DNA of 64,000 bases from Patescibacteria group bacterium (GTDB lineage Bacteria; Patescibacteriota; Minisyncoccia; Phycocordibacterales; CSBR16-119). The stretch spans positions 40-64,039 of the forward strand of contig JAUPTX010000002.1 in assembly GCA_030917865.1 (NCBI GenBank), given 5' to 3'. Below the pieces are notes generated by a model. That model made no database searches. It saw only the letters and a program-made list of their open reading frames with translations, and had not been told where the DNA came from. This document shows positions 34,584-43,572 of the stretch, piece after piece; within the stretch, counting starts at the first letter, position 1; the number at the start of each line of letters is the position of its first letter. The position numbers and the translations under genes are program-made.

Positions 34584-36512
34584 ATGAAAAAGAAAAAAGA
34601 AAACAAGTTTCGAAAAGAACAAACTGGCGTTATTAGAATCTCTCAAAAAGGTATCGGCTTTATGAAAAGCGATACAAAAGAAGGAATCGAAATACCTCAA
34701 AATCTATTAGGAGTTGCGCTTCACGGAGACACCGTAAAAGTTGCCATAAACTCTAAAAGAAAAGGCGGACCAGAAATAGGAGAAGTTGTAGAAATAGTCA
34801 AAAGAGCTAAAAAGGGCTTTTCTGGAAAAATAGTAAAAGAAGATGGTGAATACTTTTTAATAGCGAGCGACCCTCGTATGCCTTTTAATATTTTAATTAC
34901 AGAAAAAGACAGAAACGGTGCGGAGGTTGGAGACAAGGTTTTCGTAAAGCTTAAAAAATGGACTTCGAGAAAACAAACGCCGTCTGGGGTCGTGGACAGG
35001 GTTTTAGGTAAACACGGAGAACACAACGCAGAAATGGAAGGAATAATTTTAGAAAAAGGATTCGAAAGCTCGTTTCCAGAAAAAGTAGAACAAGAAGCAA
35101 TATATATAAAAGAGAAAAATTACGAAGATGAAATCGCAAAAAGAAGAGACTTGCGATCTGTTCCGACTTTTACTATAGACCCATTCGATGCAAAAGATTT
35201 CGACGACGCGCTATCTTTCGTAAAACTTCCTAACGGAAACTTTGAAGTCGGCGTGCACATCGCAGACGTTGCATTTTTTGTCCGTCCGGGAACAGCTCTC
35301 GACAAAGAAGCTCTCGAACGCGCAACTTCTGTTTATCTAGTAGATCGAACAATCCCGATGCTTCCAGAAGTTCTATCAAATGATTTATGTAGTTTAAACC
35401 CGAACGAAGACAAATTCGCTTTTTCTTCGATTTTTGAATTAGACGAAAAAGGAAATGTTCACAAAGAATGGTTTGGCAGAACTGTTATAAATTCAGACAA
35501 AAGATTTACATACGAAGAAGCACAAGAAGTCTTAGACAAAGGCGAAGGTATTTTCTACGAAGAATTAAATATTTTAAATAACATTGCAAAAGAACTAACA
35601 AAAGAGCGAATAAAAGCCGGCGCTCTTTTGATGGAACAAGACGAAGTTAAATTTATACTAGACGAAAACGGCGTACCGGTAGACGTTTATACAAAAAGAC
35701 GCGGAGACACAAACAAACTAATAGAAGAGTTCATGCTTTTGGCCAACAGACGCGTGGCAGAATTTGGAAGTTTCGATAAAAACAAAAAAGAAAGACTTTT
35801 TATATACCGAATCCACCAAGACCCAGACAAAGACAAAATGAAAGATCTAGCAAACTATCTTAAAATTTTAGGATATAATTTGCCGATTCATAAAGGATAC
35901 GTCGACCCAAAAGAATTAAACAAACTTCTTTTAGCTCTCGAAGGCAAAAACGAAAAAGATACAGTGCAAAGCGTCGTTGTCAGATCAATGCAAAAAGCGA
36001 TCTATTCAACCAAAAACAGATCTGGTCACTATGGTCTCGCATTTAAATACTACACTCATTTCACTTCCCCAATCAGAAGATATCCTGACATAATCGCCCA
36101 CAGAATGCTCGATATATATTTATCCGGAGGAAATATAGGCAAAGATAAACAAAACTATTATGAAGAAATGGCGACACATTCGTCCGAAAGAGAACGCGAC
36201 GCGCAAGAAGCAGAAAGAGGAAGTATAAAATTCAAACAAATAGAATACATGGCAAAAAGACTGGGACAAAAATTCACAGGTGTTGTCACTGGTATAACAG
36301 AATGGGGTATCTACATATCTGAGGAAAAGTCTCATGCAGAAGGTATGATAAAATTAAGAAGTCTTGAAACTGATTACTACACATACGATGAGAAAAATTT
36401 AATGGTTGTCGGACAAAAGACCAAACACATAATCAGAATCGGCGACAAAGTTTCAATAAAAGTCACAAAAGCGGACCCAGAAGAAGGAGTTATAGATTAC
36501 GAATTTGCATAA
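34584..36512 (+). CDS. rnr: ribonuclease R / RNase II-family 3'-5' exoribonuclease
   Basis: RNB catalytic motif (DPFDAKDFDDALS), a cold-shock-like N-terminal region and a C-terminal S1 domain (GVVTGITEWGIYISEE). Confidence 0.9.
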   Translation: MKKKKENKFRKEQTGVIRISQKGIGFMKSDTKEGIEIPQNLLGVALHGDTVKVAINSKRKGGPEIGEVVEIVKRAKKGFSGKIVKEDGEYFLIASDPRMPFNILITEKDRNGAEVGDKVFVKLKKWTSRKQTPSGVVDRVLGKHGEHNAEMEGIILEKGFESSFPEKVEQEAIYIKEKNYEDEIAKRRDLRSVPTFTIDPFDAKDFDDALSFVKLPNGNFEVGVHIADVAFFVRPGTALDKEALERATSVYLVDRTIPMLPEVLSNDLCSLNPNEDKFAFSSIFELDEKGNVHKEWFGRTVINSDKRFTYEEAQEVLDKGEGIFYEELNILNNIAKELTKERIKAGALLMEQDEVKFILDENGVPVDVYTKRRGDTNKLIEEFMLLANRRVAEFGSFDKNKKERLFIYRIHQDPDKDKMKDLANYLKILGYNLPIHKGYVDPKELNKLLLALEGKNEKDTVQSVVVRSMQKAIYSTKNRSGHYGLAFKYYTHFTSPIRRYPDIIAHRMLDIYLSGGNIGKDKQNYYEEMATHSSERERDAQEAERGSIKFKQIEYMAKRLGQKFTGVVTGITEWGIYISEEKSHAEGMIKLRSLETDYYTYDEKNLMVVGQKTKHIIRIGDKVSIKVTKADPEEGVIDYEFA

Positions 36513-36520
36513 AATTCTAA

Positions 36521-39124
36521 ATGTCAAAAAAGATTTTTAAAAACATACTTTGGAGTATTGTACCTATTGGATTAGGTATTGTTTTGACTGCATTTATCTG
36601 GAACAGCGCCGAACAAGCTATCACAAAAGAAAATGCGCCAAGAGAAAGATCTTCTTTTATAACCAAAATTAAAAATATAAATATTAAAATCGGCGAGAAA
36701 AATATTTCTCAAACTGTTTTTAAATTCGACAACACAATCTACCCACCAACTCCTGTTTACATGATTAAAAACCCAGACAAAGAACTCGACATAGGTGCAG
36801 TTTCTTTTGTTGTTGGAGATGTAAATACTGGAGAAATAATCTTAGAAAAAAACAGCGAAGCTGTATTCCCTATCGCATCGGTAACTAAACTAATGACAGC
36901 GCTAGTGTCACTAGAAACATTACCTCAAGAAGAAAAAACAAAAGTTTCAAATCGTGCGGCAAATATCGAAAGTTCTCGTGGAGACCTACGAACAGGTGAA
37001 AATGTTTTAATATCTGATTTACTCTACCCTCTTCTTTTAGTTTCCAGCAACAACGCGGCTGAAGTTCTAGCAGAAACAAAAGGTCGCCCGAGCTTCATGC
37101 AAAACATGAACGAATTTGCAGACAAAATCGGGATGAGCAAAACAAACTTCGATGACCCGAGTGGACTTTCAAGTAAAAACACCTCCACAGCCAAAGATCT
37201 TTTTAAATTAACAACATATCTTGAAAACAATCACAGACTTGTTTTTGACATCTCTACTCTTACAGAATACACAGCGATAGGCAAAGTCTGGAGAAATATA
37301 AATAGATTTTCAAACAATGACAACTTTATAGGAGGAAAAACAGGTTTTACAAGCCAAGCAAAAAGAACGGGCGTAGGTATTTTCTCTGTCTCTTTTCCAG
37401 AATATGAAGACAGACATATAGGTATAATTCTTCTTAGAACAGACGACAGAACTAAAGACATTTATACAATACTTAATTATCTGAGAGAAAATGTCGCTTA
37501 TGGATACGAAGAAGAAATCAAAAACCAGATAGCTGGAGCAAAAACAACAGACGGAGAAGTTTTAGGAGAATCCGACAGCTTATCTTTTTTAAGATTAAAG
37601 AAAAAAGAAAATGACTCGATAATAAACAGAGTTTCTGTTGTAGAGCCAAACAATTGCCCAAAACCAACAGAAGGGTTTCAAGATCTTTCTTTATTTAATG
37701 CATCTAGAGAAAACAAACTACCAACGAACTACATCCCAAAAGACCTGTCTCCGATTAAAAACATAATAGAGACCAAAGGTCGAGATATTTGCCTTACAGA
37801 AAAAGCAAAAGATGCACTCGCAAAACTAAACGAAAACGCTAAAAACGAAGGATTGGAAATTGTCGCCACTTCTGCCTTTCGAAGCGAAGAAACACAAAAA
37901 TGGATTCACGATGAATGGCACAGAAAAAACCAAGTGATAAACGGTGAAGAAGCTATTGCAAAACCAGGACACTCTGAACACCAACTCGGCACAACAGTCG
38001 ACTTCACTGCGCCGGGCGTCGGATATGATTCAGCGGATAGGAATTTTCACTTAACACCAGAATACGAATGGCTTTTAAACAATGCACACAAATACGGCTT
38101 TGTTTTAAGCTATCCAAATAAAAAACAAACTGGATATATTTTTGAACCTTGGCATTGGCGATATGTCGGAATTGAAAACTCATATCATATAAAACTTGCA
38201 GACATAACAATTCAAGAATTTCTTTCTGGCCAAAAACAAGAGTTTAAACCAGAAGAAAAGCAAGAAGTCACCATCTCATTTTTAGGAGACATAATGATGG
38301 ATCGCGGAGTCAAAACTTCTGTGTATAAAAACTACGGAGGCGACTTTAATTCCCTATTTAAAAATTTAGGAGAACTTAAAGATGATGATATAACTTTCGC
38401 AAACCTTGAAGGCCCTGTTTCTGATGTCGGGAAAAATGTCGGCAGCAAATACTCTTTTCGCATGGAAGAAAAAACTTTAGACGCACTTAAAAATGCTTCT
38501 TTTGAAATAGTATCGTTCGCAAACAACCACGTCGGAGACTGGAGTGTAGCCGCTTTTGACGACACCTTAGGAGGATTAAATAGAGTAGGAATAAAATACA
38601 CTGGCGCAGGTAAAAATCTAGCTGACGCAAGCGAGGTCAGAGTGATAGAAGAAAACGGAGTGAAAGTAGGATTTCTAGCTTTCACAGATGTCGGACCAAA
38701 TTGGATGGCCGCTGGAGAAAATAAGTCAGGGATACTTTTAGCAAGCGACCCAAAAAGACTTGAATATATAAAAACTGCAAAAGAAAAAGTAGATGTGCTT
38801 GTCGTATCGTACCACTGGGGCGAAGAATACGTAGCGTTTAATGCTCGTCAAAAAAGTTTAGCTGAAAGCTCAATCGATGCTGGTGCTGATATCATCGCAG
38901 GTCATCACCCACACGTAAGACAAGATACGCTTACATATAAAGATGGGCTGATTATGTATTCACTTGGAAACGCAATCTTTGATCAATACTTCTCAGAAGA
39001 AACAATGAAAGGAGGACTCGTAAATGTCACTGTCACAAAAGAAGGCATAAAAGATTTTGAAGAAAAAGTTTTTACGCTGGATAAGACTTATGTGCCAGGT
39101 GTTCCGGAAAAAAATAAAAATTAA
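36521..39124 (+). CDS. tri-domain exported cell-wall enzyme: S11 D-Ala-D-Ala carboxypeptidase (SxxK/SxN/KTG) + M15B VanY-like D,D-carboxypeptidase + CapA/PGA_cap-like metallophosphatase domain
   Basis: N-terminal TM helix. ASVTKLM (SxxK), SSNN (SxN), GGKTGFT (KTG). Then SAFRSEETQ...GHSEHQLGTTVDF...EPWHWRYVG (M15B signature). Then GDIMMDRGV, ANLEGP, FANNHVGDW, HWGEEY, GHHPHV (CapA-type). Confidence 0.8.
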   Translation: MSKKIFKNILWSIVPIGLGIVLTAFIWNSAEQAITKENAPRERSSFITKIKNINIKIGEKNISQTVFKFDNTIYPPTPVYMIKNPDKELDIGAVSFVVGDVNTGEIILEKNSEAVFPIASVTKLMTALVSLETLPQEEKTKVSNRAANIESSRGDLRTGENVLISDLLYPLLLVSSNNAAEVLAETKGRPSFMQNMNEFADKIGMSKTNFDDPSGLSSKNTSTAKDLFKLTTYLENNHRLVFDISTLTEYTAIGKVWRNINRFSNNDNFIGGKTGFTSQAKRTGVGIFSVSFPEYEDRHIGIILLRTDDRTKDIYTILNYLRENVAYGYEEEIKNQIAGAKTTDGEVLGESDSLSFLRLKKKENDSIINRVSVVEPNNCPKPTEGFQDLSLFNASRENKLPTNYIPKDLSPIKNIIETKGRDICLTEKAKDALAKLNENAKNEGLEIVATSAFRSEETQKWIHDEWHRKNQVINGEEAIAKPGHSEHQLGTTVDFTAPGVGYDSADRNFHLTPEYEWLLNNAHKYGFVLSYPNKKQTGYIFEPWHWRYVGIENSYHIKLADITIQEFLSGQKQEFKPEEKQEVTISFLGDIMMDRGVKTSVYKNYGGDFNSLFKNLGELKDDDITFANLEGPVSDVGKNVGSKYSFRMEEKTLDALKNASFEIVSFANNHVGDWSVAAFDDTLGGLNRVGIKYTGAGKNLADASEVRVIEENGVKVGFLAFTDVGPNWMAAGENKSGILLASDPKRLEYIKTAKEKVDVLVVSYHWGEEYVAFNARQKSLAESSIDAGADIIAGHHPHVRQDTLTYKDGLIMYSLGNAIFDQYFSEETMKGGLVNVTVTKEGIKDFEEKVFTLDKTYVPGVPEKNKN

Positions 39125-39164
39125 AAGTGGTCCCGTACGGCACCACTTTTAATTTTTATATACA

Positions 39165-41390
39165 TTACTTCGCATACCCTTCCGCCTCGGCAAACTTTAT
39201 CGAAAGGAGTTTTGACGCCCCGTCCCCACCGATTGTCACTCCGTAGATCAAATCTGCTCGCGACATCGTCTCTCTGTTATGAGTCACAACGATAAGCTCA
39301 GAATATTTTGAGAGCCTCTCAAGCATATCTCCATATCTTTTTGAGTTAGCTTCGTCGAGTGCCGCATCTGTTTCGTCGAGCACGAGGAACGGTGGCGGGT
39401 TTACCTGACTCATCGCGAAAAGTAGCGCGATAGATGTCAGAGACCTCTCCCCACCAGATAACATCGCCAAATCTTTTACTTTCTTTTGAGGAAGAGACAC
39501 ATTTATGTCTATCCCCTGCTCGAAACTTTTATCTTCTTCAACCACATCAGTCTCATCCATATTCTCGTCTAGCTTTTTTGGCTTTTCTACTACAATAGAA
39601 AGAAATGCCCCTCCGCCACCAAACATCAATTTAAAGAATTCTTCAAACCTCTCGTTTATCTTCGTAAGTCCTGTTTTAAATTCCGTGTCTAGCGTTACCT
39701 TTAGTTCGTCAATTAAAGTTTCTAGACTTTTTATGCTTCCTTCCAAATCCGCTAACTCTTTGATCAAGAAATTATCTCTTTCTGCGGTTTCTTCGTATTC
39801 TTTCAGAACATCAAACCCTCCGCCTGTACCGATATCTTCTAGTTTAATTTTCAATCTCTCGATTTGTCTTCGCAGGTCTTCTTGTTCTTCGTCTCTGAAA
39901 TCAATATTATCGTCACCTTTTTCAAATCCTAAAATATTCTGACCAACCAACACAACAGCCTCTTTCATATTTTCTTCAAACAAAGTTTTTCGTCGCAAGA
40001 AAATTGTATTTTTGTTCTCTATAACTTCCAAAGAAGACGCGACCCTGTTTCGTTCGTTTTCAAGAGTAAATTTTTCTTCGCCTGCTTTGTATCTATCTTC
40101 TTTGTTTTTTGAAATCTCATTTCGAATCAAAGAAACTTTTTCACTCGATTCTTCGATACTCTTGTCTAGCTCTGATATTTTAGAAAGTAATCCTTTTTTG
40201 CTTTCCAAAAGATTATCCAAATCTTCTCTTGAAACTTCGCCTGTTAATTTATACTTTTGTCTAAAACTACTTAAATCGTCTTTTATTTTCTTCAAAGAGG
40301 CTCCGGCAGAAGTTAAATCGCTAGACGACAAAGCGCTGTCGATATCGTCGTGTATTGAATCTATAAAAGAATTAAACTCACTGTTTTTTATTGTTATAGA
40401 CGAATCACCTCTTGAAACTTTCGCTTCTTCAAGCTCCACCAAACCTTCTATTTTACCGAGCGATCTTGAAAGATTTTCTTTTTCAAATCTAAAAGCTCTG
40501 ACTTTTTCTAAAATAGAATCTATCTCAGCGGTTTTTTGGATTTCAAAAGAATTATCATCTTCTATTTTAATATTTGAAATTTTTTGATTAAGAGAATCCA
40601 GTAAATCTTTTAGTCTAGACTTTTCTTTTTTTATAAAAGATTCTTCGTGACCTAAATAGGCATGCTCTCTTTTAAAATACAAAAGATAAAGCGTTGTCAG
40701 TTCCCCACGGAGTTCTTCGCCTTTTTGGATTTTTTCAACTTGCTTTTTAAGGTATCGCAAATGCGGAGCAAGTTCTCTTCTTATACTTTCTATTTCTTTG
40801 ATATTTTCTTTTGTTTTTGAAAGTTTTTTCTCGCTTTCTTTTAATCTGTATTGATATATCTTAAGACCAAGAGCGTCTTCTATCATCCCTCTTCGCTCTT
40901 TTGTGCTAGCTGTCAAAACCCTATCTGCATGACCTTGGGAAATAATATGGTGACCCGAAGAACCAATATTCACAGAAGCTAAAAGCTCAACAATATCACG
41001 AAGTCTGACTTCTGTGTTGTTTATATAGTAACTATTATTTCCGTCCGCAAAAACCTCTCTTTTGATTGAAATTTCGTCGAAGTCTACATTTATAGGAGAA
41101 TCACCACTTGGTAATTTAAAAACTCTATTTTTGTTATCAAAATTTATCGAGACATACGCTCTGTTTTGTTTTTGAACACCAGAAGATCCTTTGAAGATCA
41201 AATCTTTCCCTGATTTCCCTCTTAAAGATTTCATTGACTGCTCACCCAAAACGAAACGAAAAGATTCTACAACGTTTGATTTTCCTGATCCGTTTGGGCC
41301 AACAACACAAGTTAACGGGTGCGTAAAATCCAGCCGGCTCTTTTTGCCGAAAGACTTAAAACCGTTTAGTTCTATAGCTTTTAAATGCAT
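39165..41390 (-). CDS. smc: SMC-family chromosome-segregation ATPase, short form (741 aa)
   Basis: N-terminus LNGFKSFGKK...VVGPNGSGKSNVVESFRFVLGEQS, long coiled coils, and C-terminal LSGGERSLTSIALLFAM...LVLDETDAALD. Much shorter than the canonical roughly 1180-aa SMC. Confidence 0.7.
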   Translation of the reverse strand: MHLKAIELNGFKSFGKKSRLDFTHPLTCVVGPNGSGKSNVVESFRFVLGEQSMKSLRGKSGKDLIFKGSSGVQKQNRAYVSINFDNKNRVFKLPSGDSPINVDFDEISIKREVFADGNNSYYINNTEVRLRDIVELLASVNIGSSGHHIISQGHADRVLTASTKERRGMIEDALGLKIYQYRLKESEKKLSKTKENIKEIESIRRELAPHLRYLKKQVEKIQKGEELRGELTTLYLLYFKREHAYLGHEESFIKKEKSRLKDLLDSLNQKISNIKIEDDNSFEIQKTAEIDSILEKVRAFRFEKENLSRSLGKIEGLVELEEAKVSRGDSSITIKNSEFNSFIDSIHDDIDSALSSSDLTSAGASLKKIKDDLSSFRQKYKLTGEVSREDLDNLLESKKGLLSKISELDKSIEESSEKVSLIRNEISKNKEDRYKAGEEKFTLENERNRVASSLEVIENKNTIFLRRKTLFEENMKEAVVLVGQNILGFEKGDDNIDFRDEEQEDLRRQIERLKIKLEDIGTGGGFDVLKEYEETAERDNFLIKELADLEGSIKSLETLIDELKVTLDTEFKTGLTKINERFEEFFKLMFGGGGAFLSIVVEKPKKLDENMDETDVVEEDKSFEQGIDINVSLPQKKVKDLAMLSGGERSLTSIALLFAMSQVNPPPFLVLDETDAALDEANSKRYGDMLERLSKYSELIVVTHNRETMSRADLIYGVTIGGDGASKLLSIKFAEAEGYAK

Positions 41391-41460
41391 GTTTAATAAT
41401 AGTATTTTAACATAGAATTTTTAATTCAAGATATGTTTATATTACTTTTTATTTACAAAA

Positions 41461-41540
41461 GCCCGGCGCCTTTGGCGCCGGCCCTAAAACCGCAAAAATA
41501 AAATAGGTCGATATATCGACCTATTTTATTTTTAAATTTT
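41461..41540. terminator. two tandem palindromic terminators downstream of rnc (CCGGCGCC-TTT-GGCGCCGG and AGGTCGATATATCGACCT with T/A-run flanks)
   Basis: Seen directly at 41461-41484 and 41504-41522. Confidence 0.6.
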
Positions 41541-41580
41541 TAGCTTATGTTCTACATTCTACGATTCACAATCTACATCT

Positions 41581-42273
41581 CTATATCCACTTCTTCTTAT
41601 TCAATGCATTTCTTGCAGCATCTTGTTCAGCTTCTTGTTTTGACTTACCTTTCCCTTCTGCCACCTTTTCTTCGCCAAAATATATTCCTATAGTGAAGTT
41701 CTTATCATGATCAGGTCCTGTTTCTGAAATAACTTCATAAGAAGGAGTAAATCCGACAATTTCTTGCGCCTTTTCCTGAACAAAACTTTTAGAATCTATG
41801 TATGTTTTATTTTTTACAATTTTATCAATTCCAGAAAACAAACTATCAGAGATAAATTTTTTAGAATTCTCATATCCTGAATCTAGATATATCGCTCCGA
41901 CTATTGCTTCAAAAGTGTTGGCCAAAATATAACTTCGCGCTTTTCCTGTATCTTTTGACTCCCCTTTTGAGAGTAAAAGATAGTCATTTGCGCCCCATTC
42001 TCTGGCTGCATCAGAAATACTGTTTGTGTTCACGAGCGCTGCTCTGATAGAAGTCAGCTCACCTTCTGGCTTGTTTGGAAATCTTTCGTACAACTCTTCT
42101 GTTGTCACAAGCTCCAAAACCGCGTCTCCCAAAAATTCTAAACGCTCGTTGTGGCCTGTCACAACTCCTTGATTTTCATTTATGTATGACCTATGAGTAA
42201 AAGCCTGTTTTAACAGGTTTATATTTTTAAACTTTATACCAATCTTTTCTTCAAAACTAGAAAAATCTTTCAT
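41581..42273 (-). CDS. rnc: ribonuclease III
   Basis: RNase III signature ERLEFLGDAVLELVTTEELY and a C-terminal dsRBD. Confidence 0.95.
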   Translation of the reverse strand: MKDFSSFEEKIGIKFKNINLLKQAFTHRSYINENQGVVTGHNERLEFLGDAVLELVTTEELYERFPNKPEGELTSIRAALVNTNSISDAAREWGANDYLLLSKGESKDTGKARSYILANTFEAIVGAIYLDSGYENSKKFISDSLFSGIDKIVKNKTYIDSKSFVQEKAQEIVGFTPSYEVISETGPDHDKNFTIGIYFGEEKVAEGKGKSKQEAEQDAARNALNKKKWI

Positions 42274-42349
42274 TTTTAATAAAAGACTACATACCTTGTG
42301 TAAACAAAGCCAAAGGATTTACTTATACTAAGCATGTATATCTTAGAAA

Positions 42350-43240
42350 TTATTTTGTAATATACTCAACCGATTGTGCTAAAAGTGGCAAGATATCGTC
42401 GTATGTTTTGATATCTTCAAGCTCTGCGAGCGTAAACCACTTTCCGCCATCAAGACCGCCGTTTGTTTTAACGTTCATTTCCACAAATGGCGACTTAACC
42501 AGGTAATAACTTACCTGTTTACGAATTTTACCTTTTTCTGGGTGAGATGCAACATATTCGTTTTCCCCGAGAAGTTTTACAATTTCCGCATCTAAATCTG
42601 TCTTTTCTTTAATCTCTCTGATAGCGCCCTCTTCTGAAGTTTCGCCGTCTTCTACTCCGCCTTTTGCGAGAGTCCAATATCCAAAAACATCGTGGACAAG
42701 ACCGAAATAGAACTGACCGTCTTTTTCAGAAACGATAACACCCCCTGCCTTTTTCTCGACAGGCATGTCTTCTAGTTTAACTTCTTTTACTTTTTTCTTT
42801 CCACTGTCTTCTTTTCCTGGTTCACCCATCTCTTTATACACAGCGCCGAGTACTCCGTTTACGAATTTGCCGGATTTTTCACCACCGAAAGTTTTCGCGA
42901 GTTCGATCGCTTCGTTAATAGCAACTTTTGGAGGAACTTCGTTTTTGTCTGCGAACAAAAGTTCAGCCAAACCAATACGAAGAACATTTCTATCAACCAT
43001 AGAAATTTTCTCAAGAGGCCACTCTGGTGCAGCGCGAGTGATTATTTCATCAATAGATTCTTGTTTATCGAGAACGATTTTTAGCAAGGTCTCCATGAAA
43101 GAGTCCACAGAAAGACCAGGTCCAAATTCAGAAGTGTTATGAAGAAGTTCTTCTGATAGGTCAGAAGACTTGCGACCGTTAAAGTCCCATTCAAAAAGTG
43201 TTTGTAAAACTATAGAACGTGCTAAATGTCTGTTTGCCAT
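42350..43240 (-). CDS. nusB: transcription antitermination factor NusB fused to a C-terminal NUDIX hydrolase domain
   Basis: Residues 1 to about 140 are NusB-like (ARSIVLQTLFEWDF...VDRNVLRIGLAELLF...FVNGVLGAV). A lysine-rich linker follows, then a Nudix fold with the box GGVEDGETSEEGAIREIKEKTDLD. Confidence 0.8.
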   Translation of the reverse strand: MANRHLARSIVLQTLFEWDFNGRKSSDLSEELLHNTSEFGPGLSVDSFMETLLKIVLDKQESIDEIITRAAPEWPLEKISMVDRNVLRIGLAELLFADKNEVPPKVAINEAIELAKTFGGEKSGKFVNGVLGAVYKEMGEPGKEDSGKKKVKEVKLEDMPVEKKAGGVIVSEKDGQFYFGLVHDVFGYWTLAKGGVEDGETSEEGAIREIKEKTDLDAEIVKLLGENEYVASHPEKGKIRKQVSYYLVKSPFVEMNVKTNGGLDGGKWFTLAELEDIKTYDDILPLLAQSVEYITK

Positions 43241-43303
43241 TTTTTCTCAATTAACTATTACAAAGAATATTGTAGCATAAAAAAAGAAAAAGCAAGCAAT
43301 GGA

Positions 43304-43507
43304 TTAATTGCTCGCTTTTTCTTTCTTCGCTTTTTTAGCTACATTTAAAACTTGTCGGCCTTTGTACATACCTGTGTCCAGAGAAACTCGGTGTCTCATG
43401 TGAGCAACTCCTGTTTCTTTATCAACTACAATAGAAGCTGATGGAGCACGGTGGTGTGACCTTCTGTTTTTTGTATGAGCTCTTGTATGTCGCATTCTTA
43501 CTACCAT
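43304..43507 (-). CDS. rpmF: 50S ribosomal protein L32 (start moved to the internal ATG at 43507; the ORF track extends to 43564)
   Basis: MVVRMRHTRAHTKNRRSHHRAP...VVDKETGVAHMRHRVSLDTGMYKGRQV matches the L32 family. The upstream extension (MAVFQRACFLFAFQYTNPY) is not protein-like. Confidence 0.85.
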   Translation of the reverse strand: MVVRMRHTRAHTKNRRSHHRAPSASIVVDKETGVAHMRHRVSLDTGMYKGRQVLNVAKKAKKEKASN

Positions 43508-43572
43508 ATAGGGATTAGTATACTGAAAAGCAAATAAAAAGCAAGCCCTTTGAAATACCGCCAATCTACCGC

